From the NCBI GenBank assembly GCA_964016885.1, contig OZ024746.1, positions 101,804,001 through 101,868,000 on the forward strand: a stretch of 64,000 bases of DNA, read 5' to 3'. Made by a program: the position numbers and the translations under genes. This DNA is from Eledone cirrhosa (Eukaryota). Shown here one piece after another: positions 42,724 through 52,837 of this stretch. The notes beneath the pieces are model-generated. The model worked only from the letters and a program-made list of their open reading frames with translations, did no database searches and was not told where the DNA came from. Each line of letters starts with the position of its first letter. Within the stretch, counting starts at the first letter, position 1.

Positions 42724-42813
42724 AAACTTTTTCCTATTACCCACTCTACTACCCTAAGTATTGAGTACTCTGGTGCGTTATGGTCCATCTGGTTCCTTAC
42801 CACACCTCCTTCG

Positions 42814-42874
<61 letters not shown>

Positions 42875-42878
<4 letters not shown>

Positions 42879-43064
42879 AAGTAAAAGCGAAGTAGTTTCA
42901 GATGTTCAAGTCCTTTAATATTCACAGCATTATTATTACGGGGTCGATAAAATAAAGATAAAGTACCAGTAATGCACTGGGTGATTGCTGGCCTTGTGCC
43001 TAAAGTAGAAACAATTATTATTAAAGGACTTGAACATCTGAAACTACTTCGCTTTTCCTTATTC
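42875..43064. repeat. Short fold-back with a SINE 3' fragment (42936-43020, + strand) at the apex
   Basis: Arms 42875-42920 and 43019-43064. The spacer matches the SINE 3' end GGGGTCGATAAAATAAAG..AGTAGAAACAATTATT. Confidence 0.75.
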
Positions 43065-43180
43065 GATATTTACTCCGTCACTCCTATGTGGAAAAAGTAC
43101 GTTGAGTGCTTGACTTGAATTGCATCAATATTTACCCTAATATATATATATATAATGTATGTATATATATATATACATAC

Positions 43181-43246
<66 letters not shown>

Positions 43247-43298
43247 GTATATATATATATTTATAATGTATGTATATATAATGTATGTATATATAATG

Positions 43299-43387
<89 letters not shown>

Positions 43388-43549
43388 TATGTGTGCGCAT
43401 GTGTATGCTTGTTTGAAAATATTTCAAGGAAGAATGAAACATAGCCTTTTGTACTGGTTATTATAATAAATTACCGTATTTTGAGCTGTTTAAACTTTAT
43501 ATGCGTTACGTTTCGCTTTTTCTACCCGCCGAAATGCGATTCTCGCTGA

Positions 43550-43606
<57 letters not shown>

Positions 43607-43734
43607 AAGTTATATTTAAAATTGTTGGGTTACAACTAGTAAATATTTATAACTGATATAAAAGCACTCGACAAATATTTGGAGTATATTTACAATATTA
43701 AATAAATGGAAAACTATATTTATAAAACCATATT

Positions 43735-43800
43735 TATTTCATTATATATATTTCGGGGATATCATATTAACAATATGCTATGCCTTCATCAGACAAAATA
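43735..43800 (-). ncRNA. Minimal type I hammerhead (mirror copy)
   Basis: Reverse complement of 43950-44015. Confidence 0.65.
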
Positions 43801-43949
43801 CAATATAAACAGTTTTATAGATAAATATATTCGACATACCGTAATAAACATCAACTTCATTTGAGTAAACCTAGAGTAAACCTCTTCAAATGAAGTTGAT
43901 GTTTATTACGGTATGTCGAATATATTTATCTATAAAACTGTTTATATTG

Positions 43950-44015
43950 TATTTTGTCTGATGAAGGCATAGCATATTGTTAATATGATATCCCCGAAAT
44001 ATATATAATGAAATA
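43950..44015 (+). ncRNA. Minimal type I hammerhead
   Basis: TATTTTGT-CTGATGA-AGGCATAGCATATTGTTAATATGATATCCCC-GAAA-TATATA-TA-ATGAAATA; palindromic stem III. Confidence 0.65.
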
Positions 44016-44053
44016 AATATGGTTTTATAAATATAGTTTTCCATTTATTTAAT

Positions 44054-44124
<71 letters not shown>

Positions 44125-44341
44125 CGTTTCTGATTTGATTTGTTTAGCAAGATTCTTTATCTGAAATCGTGTGTTGAAACCGATATTGTTATACTTTGGG
44201 AGGGTCATGTTTCCAATAAGAAACACACGCACCAGTTGCTTTCACTTCAATTTAATTTAATATATATTTATAAATTTACAAATTTATAAATTTCTGGTTG
44301 GTTGGTTGGTTCCACAACCAGATAGTTGTTTATATATATAT

Positions 44342-44386
44342 AGTCATAGTTCTTTCGTCACACACTCTGTGACCTCTTCAGTGACT
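44342..44386 (-). ncRNA. Minimal hammerhead, PLE family C
   Basis: Minus strand: AGTCA-CTGAAGA-GGTCACAGAGTGTGTGAC-GAAA-GAAC-TA-TGACT. Confidence 0.78.
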
Positions 44387-45076
44387 GGGGATTTCTTTCT
44401 TCGTTTCTGTGCCTTTCCTTTCTTCTATCCTACGCCATTTTGTTTGTGTGTGGGTTGCGTGCTCAGTTTGCGCATGCGCCACATCCGGGTGTCTGTGTGT
44501 GTTTGTGTTCATTTTTCTATTTTTCTATTTATATTTGTTTGTTTATTTATTTATTTATTGTTGTTTGTTTGTTCTATGTGTGTGTGTGTTTTCATTTTGT
44601 CTTGTGTGTGTTTTCATTTTGTGTGTGTTTTCAATTGTAAGTTGTTTGTTCTATGTGTGTGTGTGTTTTCATTTTGTCCTTAATTGTAAGTTGTGATGTT
44701 GCTGTTCCACTCATATTTTCTATTTAATTTTGGTTTTAATTCTTTTATGCTTACTGCCTCTGTAATTTGCCTAAACATTGCGTCTTTCTTGTGTGTGGAT
44801 TCTATTTTTTTTTTTTTTTTTTTTTTTTATTTCTATGCTCTCTAATTTACCCCTGTGTTCTATCTGAAAACACACACACACATAGAACAAACAACCAACC
44901 AACAATAAATAAATAAATAAACAAACAAATATAAATAGAAAAATAGAAAAATGAACACAAACACACACAGACACCCGGATGTGGCGCATGCGCAAACTGA
45001 GCACGCAACCCACACACAAACAAAATGGCGTAGGATAGAAGAAAGGAAAGGCACAGAAACGAAGAAAGAAATCCCC

Positions 45077-45121
45077 AGTCACTGAAGAGGTCACAGAGTG
45101 TGTGACGAAAGAACTATGACT
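45077..45121 (+). ncRNA. Minimal hammerhead, PLE family C
   Basis: AGTCA-CTGAAGA-GGTCACAGAGTGTGTGAC-GAAA-GAAC-TA-TGACT. Confidence 0.78.
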
Positions 45122-45274
45122 ATATATATATAAACAACTATCTGGTTGTGGAACCAACCAACCAACCAGAAATTTATAAATTTGTAAATTTATAAATATA
45201 TATTAAATTAAATTGAAGTGAAAGCAACTGGTGCGTGTGTTTCTTATTGGCAACATGACCCTCCCAAAGTATAA

Positions 45275-45337
<63 letters not shown>

Positions 45338-45721
45338 CATATATATATACCTGAAACAACGAAGCTGTCTCGTCCAGGGGCGGTGGAAGCATTTCTGAAT
45401 GAACGGGGCGGCAAATTTGGTGAATTTAGTTGTAGTGATTAGTTTAGCTGTTATCAAATATCCAACAAGATATAAACACATCTTCGATATGCGATAAACA
45501 TAACATGTAGATATATTGTAGCGTATGTAGAAATAGATGTGTTTTGGTAGTTTGGGGGTAAATTGGGGATTATTGGGGTGGGGTTAACCCCCTGCTCAGT
45601 TCCACCCGTATGGTCTTAATAGTTTAATGTATCACTAATTAAAATAACTGTGAACAACCACAACAACACAGAAACAATAACAATAAATAACTAAATAAAT
45701 AATAAACAAATCGATAACAAC

Positions 45722-45903
45722 AATAATTGTTTCTACTTTTGGCACAAGGCCAGCAATTACTCAGAGCATTACTGGTACTTTATTTTATCGACCCCGTAAG
45801 GATGAAAGGCAAAGTTAACCTCGGTGGGATTTGAACTCAGAATGGCAAGGGCCGTAACTCTATACGTCAAAGCATGGCGTCCGACCCTCTACCTATACTG
45901 CCA
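45722..45903 (-). mobile_element. Near full-length tRNA-derived SINE (octopod-like)
   Basis: The minus strand carries B-box GAGTTCAAATCC and 3' end GCCTTGTGCCAAAAGTAGAAACAATTATT; flanked by CAATAAT repeats; other copies occur in this window. Confidence 0.85.
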
Positions 45904-46190
45904 ATAATAACAACACCAATAGCAACAACAATAACAAACAACAATAACAAACTACAACAACAACAACAATAACAAACTACAACAATAACAACAATAATAA
46001 CAACACCAATAACAACAACAACAGCAACAACAATAATAACAAACTACAACACCAATAATAACAACCAATAACAATAACAACAACACCAATAACAACAACA
46101 ACACCAATAATAACAACAACACCAATAACAACACCAATAACAACAACACCAATAACAACAATATATACAACACCAATAACAACAATAACT
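45903..46190. repeat. (CAA/TAA)n low-complexity tract
   Basis: Degenerate trinucleotide run. Confidence 0.85.
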
Positions 46191-46398
46191 GATCTTTTTC
46201 TGGGGGTTAAAATTTCTTGTTAGAGAGATGTTCCAGTAACCACGTATATAACTGGTATTTAATGGCTCTGGAAGAGATTATGAACTGGAGAGACAGCATA
46301 ACGAGAAATATTTGATTTAGTTAATGAATTGTTTAGTTAATGAAGTAGTGACGTAGTTATGTTGTGTATGAGGAGGGGAACAGGTTAATTACACTTAC

Positions 46399-46447
46399 CT
46401 CGTCTTCAGGTCTTCTCAGCTGTTCCATTCCGTTGTAGAGAATTACA
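46399..46447 (-). other. Candidate 49-bp exon
   Basis: Minus strand: TTATTCCAG|TGTAATT...GAAGACGAG|GTAAGT; open frame VILYNGMEQLRRPEDE. Confidence 0.45.
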
Positions 46448-47149
46448 CTGGAATAACAGAACTCTCTCTATCACTCTCTCTATCACACACACTCTCACCC
46501 TCTCTATCATACACACACTCTCTATCACACACTCTCACCCTCTCTATCACACACACACTCTCTATCACACACACTCTCATCCTCTCTATCACACACACAC
46601 ACACACTCACTTTCTCACTCTCTATCTATCACTCTCTCTATCTAACACTCTCCCCCTCTCTATCTATCGCACTCTCCCCTCTCTATCTCACTCTCTCCCC
46701 CTCTCTATCTCACTCTTTCCCCCTCTCTATCTCTCTCACTCACCGAGCACTTTTTCTGTTTTTGTGTTGTTATCTATGCAGCTCTTGTTTAGGTTTTGTA
46801 TGAGGGAGGGGGGTAGATGGTGGAGTGAGGGAGGGGGGAAGTGGGGTGAGGGAGGAGAGGAGTTATGGTGGAATGAGGGAAAAGAGGGAGGAGAGGAGTT
46901 ATGGTGGAATGAGGGAAAAGAGGGAGAGATGGTAAGAGAGAGGAGGGGGAGAGATGGTGGAGTGAGGGAGGAGGGGAGAGATGGTAAGAGAGAGGAGACA
47001 GACAAGACAGAGGGTAAAAAAAAGAGAGAGAGAACGAGTGTAAGAGAGCGAGAGAGAAAGAAGTAAACAAGCGAGAGGAAGTTTTTTCATTAGATAGAGA
47101 GAAAGAAGTAAATATTAGTTGCGGTGGGAGGTAGCGTTGAAAAGAGGGT

Positions 47150-47522
47150 GAGTAGTAGTAGTAATAGTAGTGGTGGTAGTGGTGGTAGTAGTAGTAGTAT
47201 TAGTAGTAGTAGTATTAGCAGTGGTGGTAGTAGTGGTGGAGTGGTAGTGGTGGTAGTAGTGGTGGGGTGGTAGTAGTGGTGGGCTGGTTGTGGTGGTAGT
47301 AGTGGTGGGGTGGTAGTAGTGGTAGTAGTAGTAGTAGTAATAGTAGTAGTAGTATTAGCAGTGGTGGTAGTAGTGGTGGGGTGGTAGTGGTAGTAGTGGT
47401 GGGGTGGTAGTCGTAGTAGTGGTGGGTAGTAGTAGTGGTAGTAGTAGAGATGGTAGTGGTATTAGTGGTAGTGATAGTAGTAGTAGTGGTGGTAGTAGTA
47501 GAGGTGGTAGTGGTGGTAGCGA

Positions 47523-47571
<49 letters not shown>

Positions 47572-47597
47572 GGTAGTAGTGGTGGTGGTGGTGGTTG
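47150..47597. repeat. (TAG/TGG)n low-complexity tract
   Basis: Degenerate trinucleotide run. Confidence 0.88.
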
Positions 47598-47763
47598 TAT
47601 TGGTGACTATTGGAGTTACTGTAGAGCTAGAACCAGATATAAATGTGGAACGAGACAAATGTTTTCCCTCCAGCAAAGAATATGATAGATGCACACACAC
47701 ATATATTTATATACATATATATATATATATATATAAATGAATATATATATATATTATATATAT

Positions 47764-47866
<103 letters not shown>

Positions 47867-48012
47867 GAAGAGAGAAGAAACATTTAGATATAATTAGTAA
47901 TAAGATGTATCATACCTAAACTGCTTCTAGATTCCTCGACTACGTAGTTTCGTGGCATAAACAAAAACAATACATCATATAGATATAGAGCCTTTGCGAG
48001 GGTTTCTCAATA

Positions 48013-48058
<46 letters not shown>

Positions 48059-48105
48059 GACGTAAATAAGAAAGTTATGAAAATTGACTTGCTTACTAAA
48101 ATTTC

Positions 48106-48184
48106 ACTCCAACTAATTAGTTTCTGTAAGGGGATAAATATAGTTACGTAATAACTATAGAGAAGCCTTACGTCATCAGGAAGT
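48106..48184 (-). ncRNA. Minimal type I hammerhead
   Basis: Reverse-complement copy of 49208-49286. Confidence 0.7.
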
Positions 48185-48628
48185 CTATTCTCAGCAAAGC
48201 TTCCAGGCAATGCGGGGACACTGGGAACTTATATAAAAATAATTCAGTGGATGGAAAAAAGCGAGCGGGGCTAGATTCCAGGTCACTGAAAAATTCACTG
48301 CCTTCTTGGTCAAGTGGCAAATTCAAAAGAATCAATCACGTGACACTGAGGTTAACCAGCTTGGAGTGGGGGTGCAATTAAGACAGAGCCTAGCCACTAC
48401 TATCAGTCACAGTAGTAATTTCGGCAAATTTTGCTCAACAAATAATTTGGAGATAATTATAAAGAATTAATATATCTACCGACATATGTATACAGATGCA
48501 TACCTATGCTAGCAAATATATATGTTTTGTCTTAGTAACTTTGTGATTCTATGCAGGGGGATGCAGAACAATTATATGAAAGACGTAAATAAGAAAGTTA
48601 TGAAAATTGACTTACTTACTAAAATTTC

Positions 48629-48707
48629 ACTCCAACTAATTAGTTTCTCTAAGGGGATAAATATAGTTACGTAATAACTATAGAGAAGCCTTACGTCATC
48701 AGGGAGT
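48629..48707 (-). ncRNA. Minimal type I hammerhead
   Basis: Reverse-complement copy of 49731-49809. Confidence 0.7.
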
Positions 48708-49207
48708 CTATTTTCAGCAAAACTTCCAGGCAATGCGGGGACACTGGGAACTTATATAAAAATAATTCAGTGGATGGAAAAAAGCGAGCGGGGCTAGATT
48801 CCAGGACACTGAAAAATTCACTGCCTTCTTGGTCAAGTGGCAAATTCAAAAGAATCAATCACGTGACACTGAGGTTAACCAGCTTGGAGTGGGGGTGCTA
48901 TTAAGACAGAGCCTAGCCACTACTATCAGTCACAGTAGTAATTTCGGCAAATTTTGCTCAACAAATAATTTGGAGATATTATAAAGAATTAATATATCTA
49001 CCGACATATGTATACAGATGCATACCTATGCTAGCAAATATATATGTGTCACGTGATTGATTCTTTTGAATTTGCCACTTGACCAAGAAGGCAGTGAATT
49101 TTTCAGTGTCCTGGAATCTAGCCCCGCTCGCTTTTTTCCATCCACTGAATTATTTTTATATAAGTTCCCAGTGTCCCCGCATTGCCTGGAAGCTTAGCTG
49201 AGTATAG

Positions 49208-49286
49208 ACTCCCTGATGACGTAAGGCTTCTCTATAGTCATTACGTAACTATATTTATCCCCTTACAGAAACTAATTAGTTGGAGT
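49208..49286 (+). ncRNA. Minimal type I hammerhead
   Basis: ACTCC-CTGATGA-CGTAAGG...CCTTACA-GAAA-CTAATTAG-TT-GGAGT; palindromic stem III. Confidence 0.75.
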
Positions 49287-49730
49287 GAAATTTTAGTAAG
49301 TAAGTCAATTTTCATAACTTTCTTATTTACGTCTTTCATATAATTGTTCTGCATCCCCCTGCATAGAACCACAAAGTTACTAAGACAAAACATATATATT
49401 TGCTAGCATAGGTATGCATCTGTATACATATGTCGGTAGATATATTAATTCTTTATAATTATCTCCAAATTATTTGTTGAGCAAAATTTGCCGAAATTAC
49501 TACTGTGACTGATAGTAGTGGCTAGGCTCTGTCTTAATAGCACCCCCACTCCAAGCTGGTTAACCTCAGTGTCACGTGATTGATTCTTTTGAATTTGCCA
49601 CTTGACCAAGAAGGCAGTGAATTTTTCAGTGTCCTGGAATCTAGCCACGCTCGCTTTTTTCCATCCACTGAATTATTTTTATATAAGTTCCCAGTGTCCC
49701 CGCATTGCCTGGAAGCTTTGCTGAGAATAG

Positions 49731-49809
49731 ACTCCCTGATGACGTAAGGCTTCTCTATAGTTATTACGTAACTATATTTATCCCCTTAGAGAAACTAATT
49801 AGTTGGAGT
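49731..49809 (+). ncRNA. Minimal type I hammerhead
   Basis: ACTCC-CTGATGA-CGTAAGG...CCTTAGA-GAAA-CTAATTAG-TT-GGAGT. Confidence 0.7.
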
Positions 49810-49973
49810 GAAATTTTAGTAAGTAAGTCAATTTTCATAACTTTCTTATTTACGTCTTTTATATAATTGTTCTGCATCCCCCTGCATAGAACCACAAAGT
49901 TACTAAGACAAAACATATATATTTGCTAGCATAGGTATGCATCTGTATACATATGTCGGTAGATATATTAATT

Positions 49974-50036
<63 letters not shown>

Positions 50037-50046
50037 AACCAGTAAG

Positions 50047-50140
50047 ACCCCGACAGCTGAGCTCAAGCCGTTTCGACGGCTAATTCTGGACTAAATGAAA
50101 ATTTATCCTGGTATTTAAATAGCCGATCTTCTCAAGGGGT
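50047..50140 (-). ncRNA. Hammerhead, U3-A8 variant (mirror copy)
   Basis: Reverse complement of 51426-51519. Confidence 0.65.
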
Positions 50141-51425
50141 AATTCCATATATGGTCAAAGTGATTGTCAAAAATCAGTAGTAATTCTGTGGTTGCAAATT
50201 AGTAGGGGAGATGGTGGCTAAACCTGCCAGTAGGAGAAAGAGGGGAGGGGGTGGAGTAGACCCAATCAAGCGTTGGTAGTGCCAGCTACAGCTGGGCATG
50301 AGGTCAAAGAAGATACAGGGGAGGGGGAGGGGGAGGAAGTCGGAACGGTAGGTAGAACAATGGGGGGTAGAAATATATAGGAAAGAAAAAATACTGAGAG
50401 TGAAGAAAAGCAAATAAGTGTAAAGAAAAAAGTAAAGTAAATTAAATTCTACGACCTAGGTCTCAGGCTATTGTTAGGCTAGAATAAAATAAAGAAAGAA
50501 AGAAAGAAGTAAAGAAATAAATAAATAAAGAAATAACGAAATAAGTAAAAGAACTAGGTGGGACGGAATAGGCAAAACCCTTTTAAGAGGTATAAGTACG
50601 TAAATGATACGGTGACGGGTCAACAAAAGGGGCCAAAATACTAAAGAGACTACCACGAAATAAACAATAAAGGTTTCCATCCCGGGCCAGCAACGACCCA
50701 GTGCAGCGAAGTGAACTTGTACGAGATAATAATTCTGAGTCCCGAGAAAAATATATACTAATGCTAACTCTAAAAGAAGTTAGAGTTAGCATTTAGAGTT
50801 AGCATTAGTATATATTTTTCTCGGGACTCAGAATTATTGTCTCGTACAAGTTCACTTCGCTGCACTGGGTCGTTGCTGGCCCGGGATGGAAACCTTTATT
50901 GTTTATTTCGTGGTAGTCTCTTTAGTATTTTGGCCCCTTTTGTTGACCCGTCACCGTATCATTTACGTACTTATACCTCTTAAAAGGGTTTTGCCTATTC
51001 CGTCCCACCTAGTTCTTTTACTTATTTCGTTATTTCTTTATTTATTTATTTATTTACTTCTTTCTTTCTTTATTTATTTTATTCTAGCCTAACAATAGCC
51101 TGAGACCTAGGTCGTAGAATTTAATTTACTTTACCTTTTTCTTTACACTTATTTGCTTTTCTTCACTCTCAGTATTTTTTCTTTCCTATATATTTCTACC
51201 CCCCATTGTTCTACCTACCGTTCCGACTTCCTCCCCCTCCCCCTCCCCTGTATCTTCTTTGACCTCATGCCCAGCTGTAGCTGGCACTACCAACGCTTGA
51301 TTGGGTCTACTCCACCCCCTCCCCTCTTTCTCCTACTGGCAGGTTTAGCCACCATCTCCCCTACTAATTTGCAACCACAGAATTACTACTGATTTTTGAC
51401 AATCACTTTGACCATATATGGAATT

Positions 51426-51519
51426 ACCCCTTGAGAAGATCGGCTATTTAAATACCAGGATAAATTTTCATTTAGTCCAGAATTAGCCGTCGAAACGGCT
51501 TGAGCTCAGCTGTCGGGGT
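51426..51519 (+). ncRNA. Hammerhead, U3-A8 variant (family A)
   Basis: ACCCC-TTGAGAA-GATCGGCTA...TAGCCGTC-GAAA-CGGC-TTGAGCTCA-GCTG-TC-GGGGT. Confidence 0.65.
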
Positions 51520-51610
51520 CTTACTGGTTCCTATTACCCACTCTACTACCTCAAGTATTGAGTACTTTGGTGCGTTATGGTCCACCTGGTTCCTTACCAC
51601 ATTTCCTTCG

Positions 51611-51644
<34 letters not shown>

Positions 51645-51709
51645 CACAGAAACAAGATGGCGTAGGACAGAACAAAAGAGAGGCTCAAAAACAAAGAAAA
51701 GAATCCCCA

Positions 51710-51752
51710 GTCACTGAAGAGGTCACAGAATGTGTGACGAAAGAACTTTGAC
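51710..51752 (+). ncRNA. Minimal hammerhead, PLE family C
   Basis: GTCA-CTGAAGA-GGTCACAGAATGTGTGAC-GAAA-GAAC-TT-TGAC. Confidence 0.72.
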
Positions 51753-51854
51753 AATATATAAACAACCGGAAATTTATAAATTCCTAAATTTATAAATTTA
51801 TTATAATAAATTGAAGTGAAAGCAACTGGTGCGTGTGTTTCTTATTGGCAACAT

Positions 51855-52674
51855 CTAAGGCAGGTAACATTCCCGAGATCCATGGACGAGTTCTCTCCAG
51901 CGGTCTCTGTCCCTCATTATCGCTGCCATGTCCTGCGTCTCCAACAGACCAGTGTCTGTCCTTAGGGCATCAACATACGTTAACCTTGGTCTTCCTCTTC
52001 TAGTGTGTCCATGTAGGGGCTCCCAAAGGAGCACTGAGTGCAATGTCAACTCTGGATGTCGGTGAGCATGTCCAGCTAACCTCAGTCTCCTCTGTGTCAC
52101 TTATGAGCTGAGTTTTGGGATGCTCCCATACAGCTCTGAGATTTTCATCCTCAGTGTATACTGTAGCACCGGCTCAGAGCAGGAGAGTTAGGGCGAAAAA
52201 GGTATCGGATGCTAAATTTGCCGACGACATAGTTTTGGTGACAAATACAGTGAAGGAGGCAGAGGATTTGATGCGGGAGGTTGAGACTGTGTCGATGAGT
52301 GTGGGGCTGAGAATGAATGAGACTAAAACAAAATATCTGGTAGAGAATGTTGAGAAGCCAGAGGGGATCACAAATGTAGGCGGGAAGCCGCTAGAATTGG
52401 TTGAGGGCTTCCTTTATTTGGGCGCAAAGATTGGGAATACGGAAGATGTTGTGGTTCAGAGGAAGGGCAAGGCCTGGGTGGCATGCCACAGCTTGAGATC
52501 GGTGTGGAAGTCGGACCTTCGTAGAGACCTAAAAATCCGCATCTTCATTGCTGTAGTGGAGTCTGTACTGCTGTATGGGTCTGAGACTTGGACACTGACC
52601 AAGAAACTCACTCAGATGGTGGATGGGTGCTACACGAGAATGCTGAGGATGGCTCTGAACATTAATCAGTATAC
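51855..52674 (-). mobile_element. RTE-like LINE insertion with 5' inversion
   Basis: The + segment encodes FADDIVL..FLYLGA..LLYGSETWTLT..RMLRMALN; the - segment encodes RRLRLAGH..RRGRPRLTYVD..RDRW. 11-bp TSD ATTGGCAACAT (51844-51854, 52675-52685). Confidence 0.9.
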
Positions 52675-52766
52675 ATTGGCAACATGACCCTCCCAAAGTA
52701 TAACAATATCGGTTTCAACACACGTTTTCAGATAAAGAATCTTGCTAAACAAATTCAGAAACGAAA

Positions 52767-52823
<57 letters not shown>

Positions 52824-52837
<14 letters not shown>

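Larger units (their letters stand above)
41930..42813. mobile_element. Family A fold-back element between (TA)n tracts
   Basis: 41930-42040 is inverted relative to 42621-42730; 3' terminus shared with the 32451 and 51611 copies. Confidence 0.75.
43691..44059. mobile_element. Hairpin element with about 175-bp arms and mirror hammerheads
   Basis: Centre 43875; flanked by TA-rich sequence and (TA)n; the apex has a duplicated GAGTAAACCT. Confidence 0.85.
44123..45278 (-). mobile_element. Penelope-like family C 3' end with an inverted arm of about 400 bp
   Basis: 44185-44590 is mirrored at 44866-45278. 44720-44860 encodes the C-terminal GIY-YIG tail homologous to 53270-53390. (TA)n on both sides. 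Confidence 0.85.
48055..49980. mobile_element. Retrozyme-like element: 523-bp hammerhead-containing unit in two inverted near-dimers
   Basis: Unit starts at 48055 and 48578; inversion junction at about 49047; hammerheads at 48106, 48629 (-) and 49208, 49731 (+); (TA)n on both flanks; no protein motif recognised. Confidence 0.8.
50033..51611. mobile_element. Family A element forming a 1.5-kb near-perfect palindrome
   Basis: Arms about 50033-50773 and 50793-51533, centre 50783. Mirrored ORF calls confirm the symmetry. (TA)n on both flanks. Confidence 0.9.
51641..52768 (+). mobile_element. PLE family C 3' UTR copy interrupted by an RTE LINE
   Basis: 51641-51854 and 52686-52768 are collinear with the family C terminus (reverse complement of 52824-53100 and 44123-44450). 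Confidence 0.8.

Noticed and set aside
45374-45612. Possible hAT-like MITE
   Set aside because: The terminal repeats are short and imperfect, and no TSD was found.
47215-47700. Thr-rich mucin-like ORF
   Set aside because: Mostly (TAG/TGG)n repeat; the short unique part has no clear splice support.
47930-48000. Hammerhead 3' half on - (GAAACTACGTAGTC)
   Set aside because: No CUGANGA core found upstream; at most a truncated relic.
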